Assembly (NCBI GenBank): GCA_002269645.1
Contig: NIVC01000172.1
Coordinates: 148,558 to 212,557, forward strand
Length of the DNA stretch: 64,000 nucleotides
Origin: Macrostomum lignano
Lineage: Eukaryota
Direction of reading: 5' to 3'
Notes under the pieces: generated by a model
Databases searched by the model: none
Told to the model about the DNA's origin: nothing
Seen by the model: only the letters and a program-made list of their open reading frames with translations
In this document: piece after piece, positions 13,601-25,335 of the stretch
Layout: the number at the start of each line of letters is the position of its first letter
Numbering within the stretch: position 1 is the first letter of the stretch
Made by a program: the position numbers and the translations under genes

Positions 13601-14765
13601 TTTAGAACTGACGTCACTTGGAGTCCTCCGGCACAGTGCACCAGGCTGTGACTCAGTGTCTATTTTTAGAAACATGAGTTACTCCTTTCCTTAGAGAAGG
13701 GAAGGGCCTCAGGCACGTGATTCCTCAGTAAACTCGCGGACCAGCAAGTGTAGGACTTCAAGAAAACAAGAAACAGGCCATCAGCGTGACCTCAGGACAG
13801 GAACGAAACGCAGAGCAGGCCACAGCCGAGAAGCTCATGGCTGCAAGCAAGAGCGCAGAGAAGAGGGGGGAGGGAGGAAACAGTCAGAAAAGGGGAGGGA
13901 GGCTGCCCAGCGGCAGACAGCAACCCAGGGCGAGGGCAAGGGCGAAGGAAGCTGCTGACAATAGTGCGACGCCTAACATCAAACTGGCGGCTCACTACAC
14001 TTGCACATCTAAATTTGATGACGAGCTTGAAATCAATTAATTTTGTTGCCGCGCGAGACATTCGACCAAAAAGTCACGCAATCAGCGGTAAAAAAATCCT
14101 GAATCTAGACTAATTGAAAGTCAAGTTCAAGATTCAATTCCAAATCTAATTGATTCTTGTTATTTCCTTAACAGTAAAATGATAGTTCGATAGCGTTAAA
14201 AATACAACTGAAACCGATGCACGGATACCGCCTGCAAACAGGTTGACTATGAAATTAATGTCAGCGAAAACCTTGCAAGTTAAAACAAATTGGCTCCACA
14301 CTGATCGGCAGCCACTGAACTCCCAAACCCGACCCGACCCTGCAGACCGTGGGCGTGCCCATGTCGCCAATGTGCGTCCAAAGACTGGTTCGCGTGCTAG
14401 ACCGGGACGGAGACGGTGAGATCGACTACTCCGAGCTGATCGGCGGCCAGCGCGAGCACCGTCGACGCTTGATGAAAATCCAAGCCATGGAGCGCAACGT
14501 GCCCTACGAGGAGACTGAGCTGGGCTCCATCAATCTTAAGCTGCGCCGCCTGCTGGCTAAACGAGAGCGCGCTATGCGCGAGGCTCGCGCGGCCGAGACG
14601 GCGTCTGCCAGCGCGCCAAGCGCTTCGTCGACATCCGGAGCGACCGGCAGCGCCTCGGCCGCAGGCGGCTTTAGTCGCAAACAGGCGCCGCAGTCGTCAG
14701 GACCGCGCATTCTCGACGTGGCCCTGAAGGCCTTCAACAACGCTAACTCCTCGGTGACTGAGTGA
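7638..14765 (+). CDS. LRRC74: LRRC74-like leucine-rich-repeat protein (RNI-like LRRs) with a C-terminal EF-hand pair, about 614 aa, 10 exons
   Basis: Phase-consistent GT-AG exons: 7638-7755 (start exon least certain), 8637-8977, 9865-9972, 10545-10638, 10770-10819, 10958-11039, 11761-12134, 12422-12565, 12877-12990, 14346-14765 (total 1845 nt). Motifs: YLTACAQFGAKP, LxxLxLxxN repeats (LRSLILEDNEL, LKILDLSGNRF, VKLLDISWNHI, LKFLDISCNRI), DDPMMVLMEFMK, EF loops DADGSKSLSHKE and DRDGDGEIDYSE. Confidence 0.8.
8160..8280. repeat. Imperfect 12-bp tandem repeat (GGATATACATTA), intronic
   Basis: Repeated ggatatacatta units are directly visible. Confidence 0.8.
8475..8600. mobile_element. Partial copy of a small MITE family (same family as 56118-56283)
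   Basis: It shares cccgtacagcaatccgacgtc...tatgtacttttacattgca.cgacgttca with the 56.1-kb copy. The right end is degraded. Confidence 0.65.
10012..10400. repeat. 18-bp minisatellite (CAATGTACACACTGCTCT), about 21 copies, intronic
   Basis: Directly visible. It explains the spurious periodic ORFs on both strands. Confidence 0.95.
11170..11612. repeat. 12-bp minisatellite (CAAGTCAGACAC), about 36 copies, intronic
   Basis: Directly visible, with a periodic CAAGTCGGGCAC variant. Confidence 0.95.
13000..14060 (-). mobile_element. LTR-retrotransposon remnant: LTR-like segment followed by a tRNA-Leu primer-binding site, antisense in an intron
   Basis: Minus strand 13100-13081 is TGGTGGCAGCGGTGGGATTC, complementary to the 3' end (including CCA) of eukaryotic tRNA-Leu (..GAATCCCACCGCTGCCACCA). 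A minus-strand TATA-like CTATAAATA lies near 13540. The outer boundary is uncertain. Confidence 0.6.
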
Positions 14766-17294
14766 GCAAAGACGACGAAGAAGTGACAGAAGTACAGATA
14801 AAGCTATCCATTTCTTGATTTTGATATTCTTTTTGATTTCTAACAGAACTTCTCAATTCTTATTTAAAATTTACCAGATCACTTTATAATAATTTGGAAA
14901 ATATCCCAGTAAGTTCTACGGAGTTTTTCGGGTTCTTAGAGTCTGATATCCTTTTCCTCGCGCACGGAGGCGCTCTAAATCCCTCATGAAAGTGTAGCTT
15001 TTGGCTTTGTTGAAAAATGTGGAATGCATGATTAAGATGCGAGTTTCTCCCACTGCTACTGGTCTGGTGTTTTCTTATCTTCTACATGTACTTTTTACGC
15101 CTGTAAAGTGAGGCAGACGTGTCGTCCTAACACAATGACGGATGTTGAAATACAATACATTTCAGTCTTCATCCAGTATCCCCCAAGGGGGGCTGAGTGT
15201 GCTAGTCTAAACAACTAAATCTAGCTGCAAAAATATCCAGTGACTACGAAAACTTGTTAGAAACCTCAAATCTCGCTAATGCAGATGGCAACAGAGCCTC
15301 CATCAACAATTTTTGCATTGCATGCTACTTCCATTAGTAGCCCCTTTAGTACTTCAAGTACCGTTATCTGCTAACATTCTAAGCTATTTTGTTCATTTTT
15401 CAGATAAAACAAGGACTTTATGTTGTACAAACACAAGCTCGCATTCTAAAAAAGATATAGAGTCAAAACGTGTTTTATTTTGAAACGAATCAAATAGTTA
15501 TAAGCTACTGAATGAGTAGTAAATATACGCGGCACACTTCTTAAAATATTACCTTTTTAAGATACGAACTTGTTAATATGTCGCTATGAAAGCTGACAAT
15601 ATTTAATCTAAAGCTTAGTAGTACATAATTTCAAATATTTTGTTTTATTTAACGCAGAATATTTCTTGCTTGAATTGTTGCATCCCAGTCCCAACCACAA
15701 AGAACAAAGACATGCTACTCTACTCGTTAGTAGTATAGAAGAGTCATTGTAGGCTTAGCTTATGATTGTACTATAATAATATGATGACGCTAGCCTGCAT
15801 AAAAAATTGATATTAGGATAACCAATTCTGTAGAGCACTCTGTGTCACTACTAAAAGCGTTGAGAATATTGCCCTTGTCAATCCTCGCGACTGTTGTTTG
15901 TAGAAAAGTACAGCTGCATGCATCTAATTGATGGAATTTTTATTGAAGCCTTCGCTCCAAAGTGCTTCAAATAAAAGAAAATATTCACTCTGTCTGAACT
16001 TCTGAAAGACCACTCACAGATTGTTGTCACGCACTGGGACCGCTGATTCTTTATCCATTATCTGTTGGATTCTGGAGGTCGATTAACACCTTTTACGCCC
16101 ATCATAAAGTTTACTCACTGATTCCCTTGCTGCTACAGCTGGCTACTTGGGAACAGTGAGCTAAAAAGGGAGACAGTAGTTCCTCATTTTCCACTTCTTT
16201 TTTCAGCATAGTTACACGCATTAGCCCGAGTATCAAATTACTGGCATAAAATATCATTGCCAGACCCCCCCTCCAGTGCAACAGCTGTCAAAACCCATGC
16301 AGCACACGGGCTGAAATACATTCGGCCGTGTCATTTTCATCAGCCTTTATCTTGACGGAGCATTGCACATTTACCTCACACTCCTGCATGTTGCTGGCAG
16401 CTGCGCTAATTCCAGCCAGTTTGAGCACCTTCCCCTTCTCAGACCAAACAGAGAGAGAGAAGATGGTGGAACGGCTTGCAAATAGATACATTGGACTGAG
16501 AAATTATCTAATAGTGCTCATCTGAGGCCAAATATGAATGCGAAATCTATTTGAACAAAACTGACAAACATATTTGCCCAATAAGTCTGCCACAGCGCCA
16601 CTGCTCTTGGCCATAAATTGGCCTTAGACTGCGCATTTGACAGCTATACTCGTCAGTTGGCTAACAAAAGCAACTGTTGTCACAGACGAGTCAATAGTCT
16701 GTATAGTGAACTACTCTATCGCATTTGAATTGCATTGGATTTCAATTTACTTTCATCCATTCTACTCAAATTTTAACTTTGTCTACTTTTCAGACACCGA
16801 AACTGACAATATGCTTCTGGCGGGTTGAAAACGCTTGCCGAAGCTACAAAGACTCTTGCCTCAAATTTCACCGGAATTAGTGAATTTTTGCTTCTAGTAA
16901 AAATAGATGCATTTAGTCTGGATTATGGAGCTCCGGGTTCTAATAATTACGCCTCCAGAAATGGTTTCAGGTCGGTACTCCAGTCTGGATCCTGTGTAGC
17001 AATTAATAATGAGCATTTTGTTCGTTTCACTCACGCGATGTGAGAATTGGGAAGTCGATGTTCCCTTGCCGAAGTCTGCACAAGTGTTGCCAGTATTGGC
17101 AGTTCGGTCGAACGCAAGCGGCCTTTTTACAAAAAAGAATAAATACTTTTTTCTTGCAACCTTAAAGCCTTGATTCTAAGAAATTACACTATAATTATAC
17201 GTTGATGGATGAGCTACACGTAGCTAAACATTAGTTTGAAAATTTTCTATTCGACAGGTGATAAATGTGAACTGACTTGTTAGAGAGGACCGAC

Positions 17295-17510
17295 AGAAGG
17301 GAGAAGGGAGAAGGGAGAAGGCAGAAGGGAGAAGAGAAAAGGGAGAAGGGAGAAGGGAGAAGGGAGAAGGGAGAAGAGAAAAGGGAGAAGGCAGAAGGCA
17401 GAAGGGAAAAGAGAAAAGGGAGAAGGGAGAAGGGAGAAGGGAGGAAGAGAACAGGGAGAAAAGAGAAGGGAGAGGAGGGGGGAGGGTGAGACTGGACAGG
17501 AAGCGAGTCA
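17295..17510. repeat. Polypurine GGGAGAA-type low-complexity tract
   Basis: Directly visible 7-mer-like purine repeat. Confidence 0.9.
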
Positions 17511-18060
17511 GATGGCAAGAGAGGGAGAGTGAGCAGTGAAGGGGAAGCTAATGAAGATTTCAGAGCGATCCCCTATTTATCATTAGCTATCCTGGAAGCC
17601 ACGCAGTCTGCCTAAACTATTGCAAAAGGACCAAAGTGGCCCAAGGCACTTCAAAGCCATTTATTCCACTGCTTGCATTCCCGATAGCTCTGAAGGTTTT
17701 CAATGACCCGACGGGCGCACTGCCAACACTGGCATGTCACCGAATCTTAAGAATGCTACGCACCGGGTTCCCTATCGGATCACGTGCTCGGATTCTGACA
17801 GCCCCGAGGCGTCTGGCTGCTTTTAACGTTTCTGCTGAGCTCACGGAAAAGACTTGAGAAAAGAATGCAGTTATAAAAGCTCAGTTCAAAATTTCCGTGT
17901 TTTAGATGGCGCTTTTGGCTTCCTAAAATAATTGAAAATTTGTCTGTTTGGAAATGTTTGCAAAATAACAAAAAAGCAGAAGCACTTTTTCTGCTTTCAG
18001 GCATCTACAATTTCTTTCATTTTGTTGCGTTTCCCTGTTCTGCCAAAATTTAGCATTCGG

Positions 18061-18900
18061 TAGCTGTGGCGCCCCCCCCCACACTGCAGCTGTGGCGCCC
18101 CCCCCCCCCACACTGCAGCTGTGGCGCCCCCCCCCCACACTGCAGCTGTGGCGCCCCCCCCCCACACTGCAGCTGTGGCGCCCCCCCCCACACTGCACCC
18201 CCACACTGCAACTGTGGCGCCCCCCCCACACTGCACCCCCACACTGCAACTGTGGCGCCCCCCCCCACACTGCACCCCCACACTGCAACTGTGGCGCCCC
18301 CCACACTGCAGCTGTGGCGCCCCCCCCACACTGCACCCCACACTGCAACTGTGGCGCCCCCCCCCACACTGCACCCCCACACTGCAACTGTGGCGCCCCC
18401 CCACACTGCACCCCCACACTGCAACTGTGGCGCCCCCCCCCACACTGCAACTGTGGCGCCCCCCCCACACTGCAGCTGTGGCGCCCCCCCCACACGGCAC
18501 CCCCCACACTGCAGCTGTGGCGCCCCCCCCACACTGCACCCCCACACTGCAACTGTGGCGCCCCCCCCACACTGCACCCCCACACTGCAACTGTGGCGCC
18601 CCCCCCACACTGCACCCCCACACTGCAACTGTGGCGCCCCCCCCACACTGCACCCCCACACTGCAACTGTGGCGCCCCCCCCACACTGCAACTGTGGCGC
18701 CCCCCACACTGCAGCTGTGGCGCCCCCCCACACGGCACCCCCCACACTGCAGCTGTGGCGCCCCCCCACACTGCAGCTGTGGCGCCCCCCACACTGCAGC
18801 TGTGGCGCCCCCCCCCCACACTGCAGCTGTGGCGCCCCCCCCACACTGCAGTTGTGGCGCCCCCCATACTGCAACTGTGGCGCCCCCCACACTGCAGCTG
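18061..18900. repeat. C-rich compound minisatellite (CACTGCAGCTGTGGCGC(C)n interleaved with CACTGCACCCC)
   Basis: Directly visible, with variable C-run lengths. Confidence 0.95.
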
Positions 18901-19279
18901 ATCCACTGGTAACAAGAGGCGTCACACCATCACCAGTTTATTTGGCTAACAGAGTTCATCATGCCAAACTTCGGCTTGCATTGCTCCTTTATTCTGCCCT
19001 CATTGAAATAAATTCTGTCATTTCTGATTGACTAAGTCTGGCATATCTGACAGAGAAATGCCAAATATTAATTATGATTATTGGGCTTCATTAATCTGCC
19101 GAAAATTGTCAATAGCATAGCAGGGTGGCTAAACGGCAGCATAAAATAAACAAATGGAAGAGATCTATTTTTATTTCTAATGTTAATCAGCTGAGAGCAG
19201 ATCTAGCTGCAATTATTTTAATTACAAACCTCTGATCAAGCATGTCGCCTAATGCCAATGCATACCTTTCAACGCACAC

Positions 19280-19740
19280 AGCACCATCTCCATACAGCAC
19301 CAACCTCCATAGCACCATCTCCATACAGCACCAACCCCCATAGCACCATCTCCATACAGCACCATCTCCATACAGCACCAACCCCCATAGCACCAACCCT
19401 CCACAGTACCATCTCCATACAACACCAACCTTCCACAGCACCAACCCCCCACAGCACCAACCTCCCACAGCACCAACCCCCACAGCACCAACCCCCACAG
19501 CACCAACCCCGCACAGCATCAACCTCCCACAGCACCAACCCCCACAGCACCAACCCCCCACAGCACCAACTCCCACAGCACCAACCCCCTACAGCACCAA
19601 CCTCCCATAGCGCCAATCCCCACAGCACCAACCCCCACAACACCAACTCCCACAGCACCAACCCCCCACAGCACCAACTCCCACAGCACCAACCCCCTAC
19701 AGCACCAACCTCCCATAGCGCCAACCCCCACAGCACCAAC
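19280..19740. repeat. C-rich 15-17-bp minisatellite (CACAGCACCAACCCCC)
   Basis: Directly visible. Confidence 0.9.
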
Positions 19741-20344
19741 AATTCAACCAAAACTCCCAACGCAGCCAGGCTTTGCATTATTAAAACCACTCAAAGCTGC
19801 CTCTTCAGAAAAAAGCTCTAAAAAGATTAGCGTTAAGTACTCCCTACTCAATTAGGAGCATCAAAACGCCTTCTCTGCGAACTCTCTCCTCTTCTCTTTG
19901 CTGAGCCGCTATTTTCACACCCAGAAGCTGGTTCTTAACCAGAAGACCGCTCTGCATTGATTTGTGAATGTTTCGCTTGCGAAAGAAAGCAATAGCCATA
20001 AGTATAAAACGCTTCTATGAAGACAGGTCTGTTTTCCTAGCGAGAAAAAGAGCTTATTTTCTGAATATGCACAGAACTGGCTGCGACCGATTCAGCTGTG
20101 AGCAAAGCAGTATTGATTTAGTCGCCAAGGCCTCATCCAATCCTGCGGAGGCTGTATGCTAAAATATTTCTGCTTCAAGCATTATTGTCGGCTTATTTCA
20201 ATGGTACGCAAAATTTTAGAGCAATAAAAACAATTAGCTAACTATAAAATATTCAGTTTATTAGTTTGGTAGTAAAACATTAGTGACGGAATTATAGTCA
20301 ATTAATCCGTAATAACAGCTCACACTAATGATGATGAATACAGG

Positions 20345-20684
<340 letters not shown>

Positions 20685-20735
20685 CGTAAAACAAACCACA
20701 CACACAGTGGAAGCTACTTCACACTTAAACTAGAA

Positions 20736-20779
20736 AATGAACAATATTTCGGCCAGAACGAGGCCTTCTTCAGGGTCTA
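20736..20779 (-). ncRNA. Minimal type-I hammerhead ribozyme motif in the PLE 3' region
   Basis: Minus strand: UAGACC-CUGAAGA-A-GGCC-UCGUUCU-GGCC-GAAA-UAU-U-GUUCA. It has the core CUGANGA and GAAA boxes, a 4-bp helix II and a palindromic AAUAUU helix III region. Helix I pairs at only 3 of 4 positions. Confidence 0.6.
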
Positions 20780-20812
20780 ATACACTCAGCAACAGTCAAA
20801 ACCGCCACCCTA

Positions 20813-21355
20813 CCGAGAGAGGCGACTTTTCTCTCACCTCAACTGCAAGTGACGTAACTTGCGCCACGGCGTGGATAAAGCTGGGTGAGAGTGAATGCAG
20901 GAGAGGGCAATCAGGGGATGCAGGGGGTGCCCCATCTGCTTCTTTCACCCCATGACGGAGCAGGGTGGCTGGCGCGGTCGGAGTTCGCCTGAAAATCCGC
21001 AGCAGACGTCGATTTGCCCTGGCTGTTGAGCCGCGGAGATCGTGGCGCTGGCTGACTATGGCTGCGTGCTGAACACTACCAGTCTCTTGGGACTTCGTTA
21101 ACAGCGCTCGAATTGTTGAATGTGATCGGCCAAATTGGCGAGCAACTGCGCTGATGGATGCACAGCTTCTAGCATGCCATCGTTCAGCGTCTGTCATATG
21201 CCTGACCATTGTCACGTGTACTGTTGCACCCCCAACCCCAACCCCAGTCCCTTTTGTACTCTCACCATGGAATTCACTCTCACCCAGCTTTAGCCACGCC
21301 GTGGCGCAAGTTACGTCACTTGCAGTTGAGGTGAGAGAGAAGTCGCCTCTCTCGG
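20813..21355 (-). mobile_element. 543-bp Tc1/mariner deletion derivative with 84-bp TIRs and TA target duplication
   Basis: TIRs 20813-20896 and 21272-21355 are near-perfect reverse complements, flanked by TA at 20811-12 and 21356-57. The internal minus-strand frame from ATG 21209 encodes a Tc1-type HTH (AVARQFGRSHSTIRALL..QETGSV..STARANRRLLR). Confidence 0.9.
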
Positions 21356-22082
21356 TAAGAATTTTTGGTAGTGTCAACCGTGTTCAGGCCTGCCGGGGTT
21401 AGAGTGCCCAGCAGAGAGATGAGCTTCTGCTCCATGTCCCGGCGCCTTCGCTGAGCTCCTTGTGTAGTGGTCTCACAATCAGGACTGAGGTTCCACAGTC
21501 CCATGCACGGAAGTCCTGAAGACTGTGATCTACTGAGCAGAAATGTCTCGAAACTGGGGTATCTTTGTTAAGTCTAATGTCACTCAGGTGGGCCAACAGT
21601 CTGACTTTTAGAGCACCACCAGTCTCGCCGATATAGACGCATCGGTGTTGCATGCTTTGCACAGAATAGCATAGACCGCGCTTCTCGAGTCACATCGGAC
21701 TTTTGGGCAGATTCTAAAGACCATTTTAGTGGCTTTGGAGCCCGGGCAAACTTGACCAAAATAGCCATGTTCACAGCACAAGTGGCAGATCGGGCTGCCG
21801 CAGTTTTGGAAGCCGAATTCCCACTGGCAGTCAGTGTAGAATCCCAGCTGTATGAGAGCAAATTTCTTTGCATCCCGAATGGACCGAACCGAATGTCCTT
21901 GTTGCTTCAGAATGCCCATCAAACTGCTGCTGGCCTGGTCAAAGTCTTCTTTGAAAGTGCAGCGACGTGCGTAGCGAAGAAACTGGGATTTCAGGATACC
22001 CCTGAATGTGTGTTTGGGACGAAAAGAATTTGGATCCAGCATTTTTCAAGAGTCCGTTGGTTTGAAATAGATGGAGCAGGTC

Positions 22083-22838
<756 letters not shown>

Positions 22839-23208
22839 TACCGCAGGCAGCTCTGGTTGGCCTCGATCCGGCAGCCAATCGTCCGGCAAATTTTGCCAGT
22901 CAAAGGAGCTCATTGTTGCCCTGCTCTCCCTGTCCAACTGCGATATAAATTATGCATGTGCGGCCAAAGCGGTGAGGAATATAGCTCGTACCTTGCCTTG
23001 CTCCGCAATCATTGCGATTTTGTTCCACTGTGCAGGTAGGCGAGCTGTCCGACTTAATACGCTCGTACTCCTCAATTTAAAATAGACCCTTAAAGGTAAG
23101 GAATTGTTCAAATGTAAGTTTACAGTAGCTTCTTGCAGTCTGTTCAGTAATTTGTGAATTTTTCCATGCATTTTTCCTGTGTGTTGACTGTGTCTGTGTC
23201 TGTGCGAA

Positions 23209-23627
<419 letters not shown>

Positions 23628-24154
23628 CAGAGATAAATCAATGCTGGCAAAAGTCGGCAGCGGGGCCCAGCAAGCGCATGGCAGCAATATTCAGTATGAT
23701 GAGAAAGAATGCCAAACAAGCTCCAAGGCAACAGCGGCAGAAGCGGAAGTCATGTAGGCTAGAGAAGCATTTCGCGAGGGTAAGCGTGCCAATAAAAGCA
23801 GCAGAACTCTGTTGCCAACCCGCAGCCAGACGAATAAAAGCAGAAAAAAAGTTGTTTGCAGGCTTCCTCTTACGCGCGAAGTCGCTAATGAGGAGGCTCC
23901 GGGCCAGATATCGCGGAGTCTGGCGGGGCGCCTCCGCCACGGGAGGATTTGCGAAAGAATTGGTTTTGAAGAAATTTGAGCAGCATGGCAACTTCTACAA
24001 TTGGGGACTGGAGCTGCTGGAATTCGATTATGACTGAGTGAAACAGGAGACAGGACCTGATGGGGCCAGGATTGCAGTCAGCTGTAGAAATAGAGCAGAA
24101 ACAGACTGTTGGTTTTCTGAGCATGGGACTAACTGTGTATTTATCTATGCATGC

Positions 24155-24872
<718 letters not shown>

Positions 24873-25119
24873 TGTTGAGTCCAGCATTTTCTGTAATATG
24901 TTTAATTGCAGTAAAATGGGGCAGGGGGATCTGTACCCCGCCTAAAGTGCCATAAAATTTTAATTACACTACCGTACTTAAGATCTTGAGCAGGTTGGTA
25001 TAAATTTTTCAGGAGTCACCCAGTTTTTCCGGGTTGTTTTACATAGCTTTTTGTTCGCAAACGTTGAATTTTATAACACCCACAGTCCCGGACCTTCTTC
25101 ATTGCCAGAGGATGCCCTG

Positions 25120-25335
25120 TCTCACCCATTATCTCTCCCCTCCTCTCTCACTCCTTCTTTTTATACCCTTCCTCTCACCCTTCCTCTCTCCCTTCCACTG
25201 TCTCTCTCTCCACTTCTCTCACCCATTTATCTCTCACCCCTTCTCTTGCGACTCTCTTCTCTAACCCTACTTTCTACCCAACAGTTTCACTTTAAATCTC
25301 TCTCTCTCTCCCTCTCTCTCTCTCTCATCACTCTC
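25120..25335. repeat. Polypyrimidine (CT-rich) low-complexity tract
   Basis: Directly visible. Confidence 0.85.

Larger units (their letters stand above)
20685..22082 (-). mobile_element. 5'-truncated Penelope-like retroelement (PLE): RT C-terminus, GIY-YIG endonuclease and 3' region; interrupted by a Tc1-like insertion
   Basis: SIYFKPTDS..DPNSFRPKHTFRGILKSQFLRYARRC (PLE RT thumb pattern), then CGSPICHLC..CDSRSAVYAILCKAC / VYIGETGGALKVRLLAHLSDIRLNKDTPVSRHF..EQKLISLLGTLTPAGLN (GIY-YIG). It contains frameshifts and stops. Confidence 0.9.

Noticed and set aside
15000-17200. Searched for spliced-leader, snRNA or tRNA genes in the intergenic stretch
   Set aside because: No recognisable A/B boxes, Sm site in context or leader sequence was found by eye; a covariance-model scan would be needed to exclude them.
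17923-19821. 170-330 aa Gly/Cys- or Pro/His-rich ORFs on both strands
   Set aside because: They arise from C-rich minisatellites with variable homopolymer lengths, which would not keep a frame under selection.
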